A DNA stretch of 64,000 nucleotides from Neocallimastix sp. 'constans' (Eukaryota), in NCBI GenBank assembly GCA_050613775.1, contig JBODTK010000139.1, forward strand, positions 310,001 through 374,000, in the 5' to 3' direction. The notes beneath the pieces were generated by a model. That model was not told where the DNA came from and searched no databases. It saw only the letters and a program-made list of their open reading frames with translations. A program made the translations under genes and the position numbers. Within the stretch, counting starts at the first letter, position 1. Every line of letters starts with the position of its first letter. This document shows, one piece after another, positions 12,910 to 29,300 of the stretch.

Positions 12910-13435
12910 ATTATATTATAAAATTAATATTTTATTATTTTATAAACCAAAAACAATAATCCAAAATGTTTAAATATATTATAAAACATATTATATCCAA
13001 AATGTTTAAATTTATTTATAAAATCTATTTTATCTAAAAATGTTTAAATACATTATATTATATCTAAAAGTGTTAAAATATATTATAAAATCTGGTTTAT
13101 TACATCGGAATTTATATATATAAAATTTAATGATAAAAATTTCTTTTTTTTTTCAATTGTCAACATTACCATGTAATATTTTTAATTTAAATTCAAATTA
13201 TACAATTAATAGAAATTAACTTAAAATATGATGTTTATATTATTAAAAAAGAAATTTTTTTTAAAATTTTTAATATAATTATTAAAATTATTACTTTTTA
13301 ATATATTTAATAATATATAAATATTTTTATTCAAAAATTTAAAAGCTACGATTTGATAATATAATAATATAATCAATAATATATATAATATATGTATTAT
13401 AATTTGATAATATATTTAATAATATATGTACAATT

Positions 13436-13499
13436 TATTACTATTTAATAATATATTCAATAATAAAATTATTATTGAATATATTATTAAGTAGTAATA
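13436..13499. repeat. AT-rich palindrome, 31-bp arms, one mismatch
   Basis: tattactatttaataatatattcaataataa / aa / ttattattgaatatattattaagtagtaata. Confidence 0.8.
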
Positions 13500-14122
13500 C
13501 ATTTTAGTAATAACCATTTTTTATATTTTGTTAAATACGATATGATTATTTCTATTAAATGTAACGTCCTTTATTCTTTTATATTAAAATACTTTAAAGT
13601 AAATTTTACATGAATAGTTTTATATTAAATTATAAACTAAAGGTTTTATTATTTTATTATTATTTTTTTATAATATTTCTGTATTTCAAAAATAATATAT
13701 TCTATATAATAAATTTTTTTTATACTAATATATCATTAATTCTATGTTTTATTTTACATTTGATAACATAGATAAAAATATTTAGTTTAAAATATATATA
13801 GTTTAAATTTAATGAAGCTAATAAAGTTTTTAAAATAAAAAAATATATATATAATTAAAATAAATATTAATTATTATTTTTAAATTATAATAAATATAAA
13901 GTTTAATAAAAGATGAAAATAATTAAATTTTAAATTAAAATAATAATAAAGTATAATTTTATATTTTAAAAAAGGAATGGAATAATCTTTAATTATTAAT
14001 AAATAATAAAATTTTAAATATTTATTTATTATTATAAAAACAATTATTTTTAAATATTATATAAATTTATTATTCAAATTTGAAAGACAAATTTAAAATC
14101 ATTGAAAAGGTCATTTAATATT

Positions 14123-14153
<31 letters not shown>

Positions 14154-14424
14154 TTTTTATTTTTAATAACCTTGTTATTTATAATTAAATTAAATATTTC
14201 AAATTCTAACCTAATTTTATGAAACAAAAAACAAAAAAAAATTTATTATATATAAATAATATAAATAATATATAGTTTTTTAATAATTATATATAATTTA
14301 TTAAATATATTTATAATATATTATAAAAATTAAATTTTCATATTATAGATACAATATTAATTGAAGTTAAATTATTATATTATTTTAATTATTAATAATA
14401 AACATAAAAAAAAAATAAAAAATC

Positions 14425-14628
14425 TTTTATTTACTTTTTATATTTCATATTTACTTTTTATAATTTATATTTACTTTTTATAATTTATATTTCATATTTA
14501 CTTTTTATAATTTATATTTACTTTTTATAATTTATATTTACTTTTTATATTTCATATTTACTTTTTATATTTCATATTTACTTTTTATAATTTATATTTA
14601 CTTTTTATTTTTTATATTTACTTTTTTT
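14425..14628. repeat. ~20-bp minisatellite
   Basis: About ten copies of tttatatttactttttataa and variants. Confidence 0.85.
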
Positions 14629-15689
14629 TTAAATTTACTCTTTGTTGGTTTGCAAGATTCCCTTTTACTCATTCTTCTGTTTACTCGATTGTTGGTTTTG
14701 TTGGATTCTCCTTTGCCTATTCTTTAGTGTACTCCTTGGATTCCATGTTCATTTCACAAGTTTATTCTTTGATTTATTTTGGATTTTTTGGATCCCATTT
14801 TGATTCTCGGGTCTCCAACCTTCTTGGGATGCCTTCTTTTTGATTATTATAATAATTAATAATACTTTTATTAATTATTATTTATTTAAACAATCTTTAT
14901 TAATTAATTATTATTTTAATAATTAATTATTATTATTATTACTTTATAATAATTATTGTTAAATAAACTTGTATATAGTCCTTATTATTTTTATAATAAC
15001 AATATTTTCTTATTATAAAATACATATATAAATTATTATTATTTTCATAATCATAATATTATCTATTTTAAATTTATATTATTTCCTTAATAATAATATT
15101 TCTCAATTATAAAAATTATGTATTATTCTTTAATAGTAATAATTCTCTATTAAAAAAGATTCTATTAATTATTAATATTTTATAATAATAATAATTTTCT
15201 ATTTAAACTTTGTATTAATATTATTTCTATAATAGTTATAATCTAATTGTATTAATTAATATATTTTATAATAATAATTACTAAATATTTAATGTTATTT
15301 CTTAAATTAAAAAACTCTTGCATAAATTATTAATTTCTCTATATATTTAAAAATTAATTATTTAATTATGCTTATTTAATAATAATTTTTAATTAATCTC
15401 TTTATTAAAATATCTTATTTTTTATTATTATTTGTTTAAAATAATAATTAGTCGATAGAATAGTTAAAAATTCTTTATTAAAAAATCTTATTTTCTATTA
15501 TTATTTGTTTAAAATAATAATTAGTCGTTAGAATAATTTAAAATTAAACTTCTTTAAAGATCAATAGTGATTTTTACTTAAATTATATATATATATTAAA
15601 TGTATTGACTTTATATAAAATTTTATATAAATAAAATTCATAGTTAAAACTCTAACCCCTAGTAACATAACAATTATATCTTCTTCTTT

Positions 15690-16560
15690 CTTCTTGTAAT
15701 CAACTGCGACTTGTCGAATCCTATTATTACAAATACCAACCTTTTTCATAGTTTTTTAAATTTATTTAAAAAATTCGATAGTAATAACATTAATGTTACT
15801 ACACGTATCCACGAGCAACCTAGCTTTTTCATTTTTCATGGTGGCTAAAACAATAGCCAATTCATCATCAGTAACTTCTTTCAAGTTTGATTCATAACTA
15901 CGTTTAATATTATTTACACCAGTAATAGATGGATTCAGATTAGAAGTAGTACCAATTAAATTATTTTTTTTTGAATTCTAATAATTTTGAAAGTTCACTT
16001 CTTACTTTAGGGCTTATATCAAGCAATTGTCTTAAAGTAATATTACAAATAGTGGAATTTAACTCATCGCCAATGCCAAATTTAACTTGATTAGAAGAAA
16101 GTTTAATATGTTCGTCATAAAAATTTCTAGAAGAATTGGTTTTTTTTTTGGTATTGAAATTTTCATTTTTATTTGATGTATCTTCATTTTCTTTATTCTT
16201 GGGTTTATTTATATCAGAACTACCTTTAACTGGAACTTTATCAGGATTTTGTTTTTCTCTATTTTCTTTAAGTTATAATTTGATTTTTCTCATTTCTTCT
16301 TCTCTAAGGATTTGATTTTTTTTTCTTTTGATTTAGTAATACTTAGTTTTGCAATAAAAGAAAGATCTAATTGTTTAAAGGAAGCACTATTTGATTTAAC
16401 TAGAATACTAGAATTTGAGTTGAGTTCAGTTTTTTAGCCATTTGTAAAGCAGGAGTATTAATTGGAACGTTTTCAGAATCTAATTCTTTAAATTTAATTC
16501 TCAAAGAATTTGCATGTGTAACATGATCATCTGATTTCCTCTTTATTGTATTGATGATTA
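15690..16560 (-). pseudogene. Decayed Gypsy gag-protease fragment
   Basis: CNITLRQLLDISPKVRSEL (compare KLAHLLDLCPKFRT in the intact pol ORF) and protease ARLLVDTCSNINVI, with stops and frameshifts. Confidence 0.8.
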
Positions 16561-16629
16561 CTTACATAAAGCCAAGCTGAATTACCCTATTAATGAACTT
16601 GAAGGAACAACTGCCCATTATTGTTTAAC

Positions 16630-17926
16630 CGTACTTAGCTACTACGTATTAGGGAATTCTTTTAAAACTATTTCATATAGAGATCATTTATCTTTGGTTG
16701 CAATAATTAATGAAGCATCTCCTCAAGCATTTAAACATATAAGATGGATAAATGATTTCAGTCAATATAATGTAGAAATATGTTACCAACCAGGAAAGTT
16801 GAACAAACTTGCTGATGCATTACCACGAATGTCTTTGAAGGAAGAAACTGAAAAAGGTAGCGACCATATATGAAGAAGATTATATTAGTGATAGTAGAGA
16901 TGAGGATGAACCATTGATAGAACGTTTACATAGAATTCAAAAACAATAATAACACTAATCTTAATAATTATGAAAATCATAGTACTTCTTCCGGTGATGA
17001 AGAAGAACCATTGATAGAATGTTTACATAGGATACCAACGAATAATAACTTAGAAGCTAATCATAATACTAATGATAATTACAATATGATATCCCAAAAT
17101 ATTATGGAACTTATGGATGAACAAGAAAATGAACAATAATGTATTGGAAGTAATTAAAAATTGTCTTAAGCATAGGTTCGTGTATATGGATAATCAACTA
17201 TGCTTTAGAGATGAAAAAATTTAAGAAAAGTAGTTGAAATGCTATTAAAGAAGATTAAAAGAAATTACTAAAGCGGATAAAGTCGCTCATGAAGGAATAC
17301 AAAAAACATACCAACGTATTAAAAGGGAGTACTTTTAGAAAAATATGATTCCAAATATATAAAAACAATTCGTGGTGTCATGTAAAATTTTGTTAACTAA
17401 GAAAATCCAAACCCAAAAGAAAGATTTGGAACACCAGTGAAAGCATCCTTTTTTTTTTTAAAGTAACTGTAGATATAAGGGCTTTGAGGACAAGTATTTT
17501 TACTGTAAAAGGATTTTCCAGTTTTTGAATTATTATATGGAAGAAAAAGTTCACACCCATTTGACTTGGTACTCCTGGAAAGCTTCCCTGAGAAAATTGG
17601 AACCCTCAAAAGAAGAAGTTATAATGGAACGGTTCATTAAACATTCTAAAAATGGATTAAACAAGCCGCTTCCAAAATACTTGGGATTCTAAAATATTGG
17701 GAAGCCAGGAGACAAATAAAAGTTAATATGATGAACAAAAATAATTTTTAAAATTGATGAAAGTAAGAAATTTTACAAAGACTAAATTGGAACCATATTT
17801 CAAAGGGCTCTACCAAATTACGGATATTGCTTTAAATACAACAAAACTAAAGAATTATATTACAGGTAAGGAACTATCTAGGTTTGTTCACTTTAAAAAC
17901 ATATTACCTTACCTGAATAACAATTA
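16630..17926 (+). pseudogene. Decayed Gypsy RNase H-integrase fragment
   Basis: KHIRWINDFSQYNVEICYQPGKLNKLADALPRM; AHEGIQKTYQRIKREYF; FELLYGRK; TKLEPYFKG...VHFKNIIPY*. Confidence 0.85.
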
Positions 17927-20335
17927 AAAATTTTTTTTGATTATTATTAAAAATTTATTATTATAAAATTTATTATTTTATTATATTATAAAAAAAAAAT
18001 TATTTAAATATTTTTTTTTTTATAGCTATATATTAATGTAAAAATTAATTTTTTTTTAAATAAATATATTTATAAAAGATATATTAGAATCACATAGTAA
18101 ATTTTCAGATGGAAATTATACTCCGCTCATCAAAACAGGGGAATATTTCATATTTGTATTAAATACCTGCCACAATTATAAATTTATGTTGGATTTTCTT
18201 AAACATAAATATTAATATATATATGTTTTTATATATGAAAAATTTTTATATTTATTAAGGTTTTTATTTATATTTTATATTATAGTTTTATTATAAAAAA
18301 TAAATTGAGTGTATCAATCAATAAATAAATAAATAAAAGTTATATAAATCTTTCTACATAAATTAAACTAGTATCAATTTGATAATCATGTGATATTTTA
18401 CTAATTAATATTAATGCCATTAATCTATAAGCCACAATATTCTGATATAAAAGCATGGAATTAAGAATAATTAAAATATTTCTAATTATTTTATCATAAA
18501 ATATTATTAAATAAACTTTTACATTATTGACAAAACAATAGAATTCATGATTTTTTTTAATAAAAAATGTTTTAATAAATTTTTTTATATTTTAATTTTG
18601 AATGGATTTTCCATTTATAAATTTTAATTTTTTATTTTTTATTTTTTTTTTTTTATTATAAAAAAATTATTTTTTATATATTACTATATTTTTTTTTACA
18701 TAGAAATAGATATATATATTTATATATATTTTATTATATTAAATAACTTTAATTAAAAAAAAAAAAAAAAAAATAAAAAAAACAAGCTTTTTTTCTTTCA
18801 ATCCAAATCCAAATCCTTGGGTAACTTTTACATTTAATAGATATGTAAAATATATATATAATTGTAAATAAAAACTTTTCAGTTGTATTTATTATCTATT
18901 AATAAAATTGAACTTTTAAGGTCACTTGACTATTAAAGTCTACTTTTAACAAAAATACTAATATTAAAATTAATATTAATATTAAATACTTTTTGTTATC
19001 AACTTTTAAATACTAAGTAAATAAATAAATAAATAATTTTTAGTATTATTTATTTATTTTTTATATAATAATTTATTATATAACTTTTAAATTTTAAAAA
19101 AAAATTATATTATATATAATAACTTATAAATATTAATTATTATTTATAATTAATATTTTTATATTTTTATTACATCTTTTTATTTTCCTTTTAATTAATT
19201 TTAATTAATTAAAGGGAAAAACTTTTTATCTTTATTAAAAATTTAATCACTTTTAAAATTAAAAAATTTTATCTAATTTTAAAGAAATAATATATATTCC
19301 TATCATTTAAATAATATATAAAATACACTTTTTTTACTTTCTGAAGAGTTTATATATTTAAAGTTTAAATACTTTATATATAATCTAAAACATTTTAATA
19401 ATTATACTTATAGTTTCACTCATTTAATAATTAAATAAATTTTTTAATATAATCAAGTGTAAATTTCAAGAAACATATTAAAGAAACTTTCAAATTATTC
19501 CTTTAATTTTTAAATATTTTAGAAAATCTTTTTATTCTTTACTTTACATATATATATATAGATATATTTCTTTTATATATATAGATAGACTTCTTTTTTA
19601 ATTTATTTACAGATATATTTTAAAACTTTTTATATTTTAAAAAGTAATCACTTAACAATTAATTATTAAATATTCTTCATATTTAATAATTTTATTTTTA
19701 CTTTTTAAAATACTTTATTTCAAATAATTAATTTCTAAATATTTTTCTTATCTATTTAATAATTATAAATTAACTTTTAAATAATTCTTTAACTTCAACT
19801 AATTATTAAATATTTCATTATATTTAATAATTTTATATCAACTTTTTAATAGTAAAAAAAAATAAGTAAATAAATAAAAAATAAAAAATAAATATTTATA
19901 TTTAATAAATAGTAAATATTTTTATAGTTTAAATAAATAATAATATTTTATTTTTATTATTATTTTTATAAAATAAAATAAAATTTTAATAAATAAAACA
20001 AAAGTTATAATAAATAATACATAATAAATACTATTAATTTATATTGTTGATAAATGCATTATAATAATTTTAATATTAATAAGCATTTTTATATTTATTA
20101 AATTTTTAAAATTATATTTTTTAGTAATTTAAGATTTTTTTTTTTTTTTATTTTTTAATATCAAAACTATGATAAGAAATAATTAGAAATAATTCTTTTA
20201 AATTTAATTAAAATTTTATATTTTATATTAATATTTAATATTTTTTCTTAAAATCATTTTTTTACATTTTTATAAATCGTATTTTAAAGATTTTATTTAT
20301 TAATTAATTTTTATTATATACTAAATGATATAATA

Positions 20336-23300
20336 ATGAGGTTTTCTATGAACTTGTAATAATTTTTATTTTAATGTTTATTTTAATATTTTATTATATT
20401 TTTTTAAATTTAATATATAATCATTAATAGTATATTTATTATTATTGTTTTAAAGCTTAATATTTACTTTTATTTATTACCAAATACTACGGTATTCAAT
20501 AGGTAAGTATAATAATTTTATAATTCATCTTGATATCATTTGGAAATATTATGTTAAAATTTTTTATTTCTTAAAAAAAAAATATTTAAAGTTTTAGCAA
20601 CAATTAATTATAAAGGAGAAGGTAATTTTATATATATAACATTTATTATAAATAAAAATACAAATATATTCATTAAAAAATTTACTATTATTAAAAAATA
20701 ATTTAGGATATTACGTTAATGATAATAAAGAACTTGTAAAATGTATTTCTGAAAATGATTGTATTGCTATTTCACATGAAGATAATCATGCGTATTTAGA
20801 TTCATCCATAAGGGATTTTATTACATATTTAAATGTCATAACATGTTCTGGTAGTATATGCTCTTCAAAACCTGGATCTAAGGAAAGAGCTTATGCGTAT
20901 ATTAATGGGGAAGATCCTAAAAAAGTTATATGGTGTGATTCCTCATTTGGATGTAAAGTACGTGATAGTAATGCAACGGAAAATGAAAAAACATATTATA
21001 TTAATGCTTTAAATAATAAAACTATTATTAAATGTTCGAAAACTCTATGTACAATTGAGGAAAGTGGAGCAAAAAAGAATGAATATCCTAATACGAAATA
21101 TTACATGAGCGGTATCAATAATGTTGATATGATTCGTTGTGAACCAAGCTATTGCGTTTCATTCTCAGGTAAATAAATTTCAAAAATTTCAAATTCTTAT
21201 ATATTATATTTATTAATTTTTTTATTTAAAAAAAATTAATTCAATGTCTATCATTAAAATATTCACAATTTTCTCTTGAATTTTTTTTTTTTTCTTTTTT
21301 TTTATATTTATAATTATTTAAATAAAATTTTTATTTAATAATTTAATATATATTTTATTTAATATGTAAATATATTATATTAAAATATTAATTTCTTATA
21401 AATTTAAAATTATTAGCGAGTAGTTTCGCATATGGTTATTATGTCATTAAAGAAGATGATAATCATGTTACATATATTCAATGTAATCTTAGTTCGTGTA
21501 AAAAAATAAATCCAATAATTGGATCATGTAGTGATTCTGGAAATATAGGAAAACTCGTGAAATTAACGGAATCCTCCCCAGTAAAAATTTGTATTAATAT
21601 TAATGATAATGAAGCTGTTGAATTTAAAGAATACGGAGAAAATACATTTTTTCGTATATCAGATGGATTTGCTGGTATAAATGGATTAGTAGTTATTAAA
21701 GTTAGTCCTTATAAAGCTCGTACTGGAATGGGTAAATAATATTTATTTCAATATATTAATTTAATTTTTAATAAATTAAATTTATAATTTAATTAAAATG
21801 ATTTATTTATTTATTTATTTTTATTTTTTTTTTTTTTTTTTTTTTAAAATTACTAATAATAATATTACTATTATTATTTTATAAATTATTTTTTTTTATT
21901 TATTGTTATATCTAGAAATATATTTGAATAAAATGAAAAATGGAGATTACGGGTTAGATGTTACATTCTGTGATCCATTCACTTATAGATGTAAAGATAG
22001 TTTAGCAATACCTGGTGAATATTATGAATTTAATGATGGTCTTTATCTTACCACCCCAACAAAAATGGTATATATTAATAATGTATTTAATAAGAATTTA
22101 CCTCCTGGTCTTTATGTTAATCAATTTAGAGATCACCATGTTGAAGAAGGACATAAAAGTTTTGGTTCTACATGGCATAATAGAAGTTGTAATAAGTCAG
22201 ATATTGGAAGATTCTTTTACATAAATGAAAGTAAAATTCCAAAACTTTGTCTCGATTATGATGAAATTACTGATTCTCCAATTATCACTCAAGAATTAGA
22301 AACTGGAACGTATCTTATGAAATTGGGAAAACAAAATGTATTTAATTTTGAAGAAAACAGTTATGTTATTGTATCAGTGAGTTCTCATAAATATACTTTA
22401 GTAAATTCAGGTAAATATAATTGTTATATATTGAAATAAATATATATTTAATAGTAAATGTTTATAAATATTATTATAAATATTTATAATTATATAAATA
22501 ATTAAAATTAATCATTGAAACAATCGTTTATATTATATATAATTAATTATAAAAAAAAATATAAAAAAGGAAATAAAGCGTATTGTATTAATAGTGTAAA
22601 TAGAGCAGCTACACTTAAAGAAGAAGAAAATGATTGTCCTGAATTAGAAACTACATGCAATAATAATATTTGTTCTTCTCCAAGTATTATTTTTTGTGAA
22701 ACAAATATTAATATTAATATTATTATTCTTATATTTAATATTTTATAGATAATAAATATATTAATATTTTTATTATTATAATTCTTTAAATTATTATTAT
22801 TTTATTTTCAAAATTTAAATTAAAATTTATTACTCTTTTAAAAAATTCAAAAAAGTTGCGTCATTTATTTTTATAGAAGGAGGTAACTTTTTATTTAAAT
22901 TAATAAAAAATTTATTATTACAATTAATATTTCAAATATTCATTAAAAATATTTCTACTTTTAAAATATAATTTAGAATATTACGTTAATGATAATAAAA
23001 AACTTGTAAAATGTATTTCTGAAAATAATTGTAAAGTTATTTCACATAAAGAAAATTATGCGTATATAGATTCATCCAAAAAGAGTAATAATAAATATTC
23101 CAATATTATAACATGTTCTGGTAGTATATGCTCTTCAAAACCTGGATCTATGGAAAGAGCGTATGCGTATATTAGTGGTGAAGATCCGAAAAAAGTTATT
23201 TGGTGTAATTCCTCAAAGGGATGTGAAGTACATGATAACAATGCAACGGAAAATGAAAAAACATATTATATTAATGCTTTGAATAATAAAACTATTATTA

Positions 23301-26300
23301 TATGTTCGAAATTTCAATGTACAATTGAGGAGAGTGGAGCAAAAAGTAATGAATATCCTGAAACGAAATATTATATGAGTGGTGTTAATAATGTTGATAT
23401 GATTCGTTGTGAACCAAGCAATTGCATTTCATTCACAGGTGAATTTCAAAATATAAATATATTATATAAATAAAAATTTTCAATTTAATATTATAAAATA
23501 TTTATAATTATTTAAATAAAATTTTTATTTAATAATTGAATATATTTTTTATTAAACATATAAATATATTATATTAAAATATTAATTTCTTATATATTTG
23601 AAATTTATTAGCAAAAAGTTTTGCATATGGTTATTATGTCAATAAAGAAGATGATGATCATGTTACATATATTCAATGTGATCTTAATTCTTGTAAAAAA
23701 ATAAACCTAATAATTGGATCATGTAGTGATTCTGAAAATATAGGAAAACTCGTGAAATTAACGGAATCCTCCCCAGTAAAAATTTGTATTAATATTAATG
23801 ATAATGAAGCTGTTGAATTTAAAGAATATGAAAAAAATACATTTTTCCGTATATCAGATGGATTTGCTGGTATAAATGGATTAACATTTATTAGTGTTAA
23901 CTCTTATCAAGCTCATTCTAGAATAGGTAAATAATATTTATTTCGCTATATTTATTTAATTATTAATAAATTAAAATTATAATTTAATTAAAATTATTTT
24001 TTTTTTTTAAAAAAATTACTATTATTATTATTATTTCATAAATAATTTTTATTATATTTATTTATATATATATATATATATAGAAATATTTTTTAATAAA
24101 ATCGAAAATGGAGATTATGGATTAAATGTTACATTCTGTGATCCATTCTCTTATAGATGTAAAGATAGTTTAGCAATATCTGGTGAATATTATGAATTTA
24201 ATGGAGATCTTTATCTTACTACACCAACAAAAATGGTATATATTAATGATATATTTAATAAGAATTTACCTCCTGGTCTTTATGTTAATCAATTTAGAGA
24301 TCACCATGTTTACGAAGGACATCAAAGTGTTGGTACTACATGGCATCCTATAAGTTGTAGTAAATCAGATATAGGAAGATTCTTTTTCATAAACGGAAGT
24401 AAAATTCCAAAACTTTGTCTTGATTATAATGACACTACTAATACTCCAATTATTACTCAAGAATTAGAAACTGGGACATATCTTATGAAATTGGGAAAAC
24501 AAAATGTATTTAATTATGCAGAAAACAGTTATGTTATTGTATCAGTGACTTCTCATAAGTATACTTTAGTAAATTCAGGTAAATATAATTTTTATATATT
24601 TAAATAAATCTATATAAAATAATATATAATTATAAATATTACTATTAGTCTTTATAAATAATTAAAAATATAAAAATTAATAATTCAAACAATCATTTGT
24701 TTTACATATAATATTAAAAAATATATTAAAAAGGAAATAATACTTATTGTATTAATAGTGTAAATAGAGCAGCTACACTTAAAGAAGAAGAAAATGATTG
24801 TCCTGAATTAGAAACTAAATGCAATAATAATATTTGTTCTTCTCCAAGTATTATATTTTATGAAACAAATATTAATATTAATATTATTATTCTTATATTT
24901 AATATATTATGAATCATAAGTATATTAATTTTTTTATTATTATAATTTTTTAAATTATCATTATTTTATTTTCAAAATTTAAATTAAAATTTATTACTCT
25001 TTTAAAAAATTCAAAAAAGTTGAGTCATTTAATTTTATAGAAGGAGGTAAATTTTATTTAAAATAATAAAATTTTATTATTATAATTAATATTACAAATA
25101 TTCATTAAAAATATTTCTATTTTTAAAAAATAATATAGAATATTACGTTAATGATAACAAAGAACTTGTAAAATGTATTTCTGAAAATAATTGTAAAGTT
25201 ATTTCACATAAGGATAATTATGCGTATATAGATTCATCCAAAAAGAATAATAATAAATATTCCAATATAATAGCATGTTCTGGTAGTATATGCTCTTCAA
25301 AATCTGGATCAATAGAAAGAGCGTATGCGTATATTAGTGGGGAAGATCCAAAAAAAGTTATTTGGTGTAATTCTTCTAATGGTTGTGAAGTACATGACAG
25401 TAATGCAACGGAAAATGAAAAAACATATTATATTAATGCTTTGAATATTAAAACTATTATTATATGTACGAAATCTCAATGTACAATTGAGGAGACTGGA
25501 GCAAAAAGTAATGGATATCCTGAATATTATATGAGTGGTGTTAATAATGTTGATATGATTAATTGTAATGAAAGAAGTTGCACTTCATTAAAAGGTAAAT
25601 AAATTTCAAAATATACATATTTTATATTTATAAATTTTTTTATTTAATATTATTAAATATTTATAATAATTTAATTAAATTTTTTATTTAATAATTGAAT
25701 ATAATTTTTATTAAATATATGAATATATTATATTAAAATACTAATTTCTTATAAATTTGAAAATTATTAGCAAGTAGGTATGGTTATTATGTCAATAAAG
25801 AAGATGATGGTAATGATACATATTTTCAATGTGATCTAAATTTGTGTAAAAAAATAAATCCAGTAGTTGGATCATGTAGTGATTCTGGAAATATAGGAAA
25901 ACTCGTGAAATTAACGGAATCCTCCCCAGTAAAAATTTGTATTAATATTAATGATAATGAAACTGTAGAATTTAAAAAATATGAAAAAAATACATTCTTC
26001 CGTATTTCAGATGGATTTGCTGGTATAAATGGATTAACATTTATTAGTGTTGGCCCTTATTTTGCTCAGTCTAGAGAAGGTAAATAATATTTATTTAAAT
26101 ATATTTATTTAATTATTAATAAATTAAATTTATAATTTAATTAAAATTATTTTTTTTTTTTTAAAAAAATTACTATTATTATTATTATTTCATAAATAAT
26201 TTTTATTTTATTTATTTATATATATATATATATAGAAATATTTTTTAATAAAATCGAAAATGGAGATTATGGATTAAATGTTACATTCTGTGATCCATCC

Positions 26301-29300
26301 TCTTATAGATGTAAAGATAGTTTAGCAATATCTGATGAATATTATGAATTTAATGGAGATCTTTATCTTACCACCCCAACAAAAATGGTATATATTAATG
26401 ATATATTTAATAAGAATTTACCTGCTGGTCTTTATGTTAATCAATTTAGAGATCACCATGTTTACGAAGGACATCAAAGTGTTGGTACTACATGGCATCC
26501 TACAAGTTGTAATAAGTCAAATATTGGAAGATTCTTTTTCATAAACGAAAGTAAAATTCCAATACTTTGTCTCGATTATGATGAAATTACTAATTCTCCA
26601 ATTATCACTCAAGAATTAGGAACTGGAACGTATCTAATGAAATTGGGAAAACAAAATGTATTTAAATATGCAGAAAACAGCTATGTTATAGTATCAGTGA
26701 CTTCTCATAAATATACTTTAATAAATTCAGGTAAATATAATTTTTATATATTGAAATAAATATATATTCAATAGTAAATGCTTATAAATATTATTATAAA
26801 TATTTATAAATATATAAATAATTAAAATTAATCATTGAAACAATCATTTATTTTACATATAAATAATTAAAAAATATATATAAAAAAGGAAATAATACTT
26901 ATTGTATTAATAGTGTAAATAGAGCGGCTACACCTAAAGAAGAAGAAAATGATTGTCCTGAATTAGAAACTACATGCAATAATAATATTTGTTCTTCTCC
27001 AAGTATTATATTTTATAATAAATATTAATATAAATATTATTATTCTTATATTTAATATTTTATAAATAATAAGTATATTAATATTTTTATTATTATAATT
27101 ATTTAAATTATCATTATTTCATTTTCAAAATTTACATTAATTTTATTAATTTTTAAAAATAAAATTCAAAAAAATAGTAATATCTAATATAATAGAAGGA
27201 GGTAATTTTTTATTTAATTTAATAAATAATTATTATAATAAAAAAGATTATAAATATTCATTAAAATTATGTCTATTTTATAATATAATTTAGATTATTA
27301 CATTAATGATAATAAAGAACTTGTAAAATGTATTTCTGAAAATAATTGTAAAGTTATTTCACATAAAGAAAATTATGCGTATATAGATTCATCCAAAAAG
27401 AATAATAATAAATATTCCAATGTTATAACATGTTCTGGTAGTATATGCTCTTCAATAGATGGATCTATGGAAAGAGCGTATTCGTATATTAGTGGTGAAG
27501 ATCCGAAAAAAGTTATTTGGTGTAATTCTGAAAATGGATGTGAAGTACATGATAGTAATGCAACGGAAAATGAAAAAACATATTATATTAACGCTTTGAA
27601 TACTAAAACTATTATTGTATGTTCGATATTTCAATGTACAATTGAGGAGAGTGGAGCAAAAAGTAATGAATATTCTGAAACGAAATATTATATGAGTGGT
27701 GTTAATAATGTTGATATGATTCGTTGTTATGCTAGCAATTGCATTTCATTCACAGGTGAATTTCAAAATATAAATATATTATATAAATTAAAATTTTCAA
27801 TTTAATATTATAAAATATTTATAATTATTTAAATAAAATTTTTATTTAATAATTGAATATATTTTTTATTAAACATATAAATGTATTATATTAAAATATT
27901 AATTTCTTATATATTTGAAATTTATTAGCAAAAAGTTTTGCATATGGTTATTATGTCAATAAAGAAGATGATGATCATGTTACATATATTCAATGTGATC
28001 TTAGTTCGTGTAAAAAAATAAACCCAATAATTGGATCATGTAGTGATTCTGAAAATATAGGAAAACTCGTGAAATTAACGGAATCCTCCCCAGTAAAAAT
28101 TTGTATAAATATTAATGATAATGAAGCTGTTGAATTTAAAGAATATGAAAAAAATACATTTTTCCGTATATCAGATGGATTTGCTGGTATAAATGGATTA
28201 ACATTTATTAGTGTTAACTCTTATCAAGCTCATTCTAGATCAGGTAAATAATATTTATTTCGCTATATTTATTTAATTATTAATAAATTAAATTTATAAT
28301 TTAATTAAAATAATTTTTTTTTTAAAAAAAATTACTAATATTATTATTATTTCATAAATAATTTTTATTTTATTTATTTATATATATATATAGAAATATT
28401 TTTTAATAAAATCGAAAATGGAGATTATGGATTAAATGTTACATTCTGTGATCCATTCTCTTATAGATGTAAAGATAGTTTAGCAATATCTGGTGAATAT
28501 TATGAATTTAATGGAGATCTTTATCTTACTACACCAACAAAAATGGTATATATTAGTGATATATTCAATAAGAATTTACCTGCTGGTCTTTATGTTAATC
28601 AATTTAGAGATCACCATGTTGAAGAAGGACATAAAAGTGTTGGTACTACATGGCATCCTACAAGTTGTAATAAGTCAAATATTGGAAGATTCTTTTTTAT
28701 AAATGAAAGTAAAATTCCAAAACTTTGTCTCGATTATGATGAAACTACTAATTCTCCAATTATCACTCAAGAATTAGGAACCGGAATGTATCTTATGAAA
28801 TTGGGAAAACAAAATGCATTTAAATTTGAAGAAAACAGTTACGTTATTGTATCAGTGGATTCTCATAAATATACATTAGTAAATTCAGGTATATTTAATT
28901 TTTATATATTGAAATAAATCTCTATTCAATATTAAATATTTATAAATATTATTATAAATATTAATAAATATATTAAAAATTAAAATTAATAATTGAAACA
29001 ATCGTTTATTTTATATAAAATTAATTATAAAAAATATATTAAAAAGGAAATAATACTTATTGTGTTAATAGTGTAAATAGAGCAGCTACACTTAAAGAAG
29101 AAGGAAATAATTGTTATGAATTAGAAACTACATGCAATAATAATATTTGTTCTTCTCCAAGTATTATATTTTATTAAACAAATATTAATATTAATATTAT
29201 AATTCTTATATTTAATATTTTATAAATAATAAATATATTAATATTTTTATTATTATAATTATTTAAATTATCATTATTTCATTTTCAAAATTTACATTAA

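Noticed and set aside
14640..14845. GC-richer patch as possible LTR or PBS
   Set aside because: No second copy and no convincing tRNA match.
15410..15545. ~75-bp direct duplication
   Set aside because: Simple local tandem duplication without other signals.
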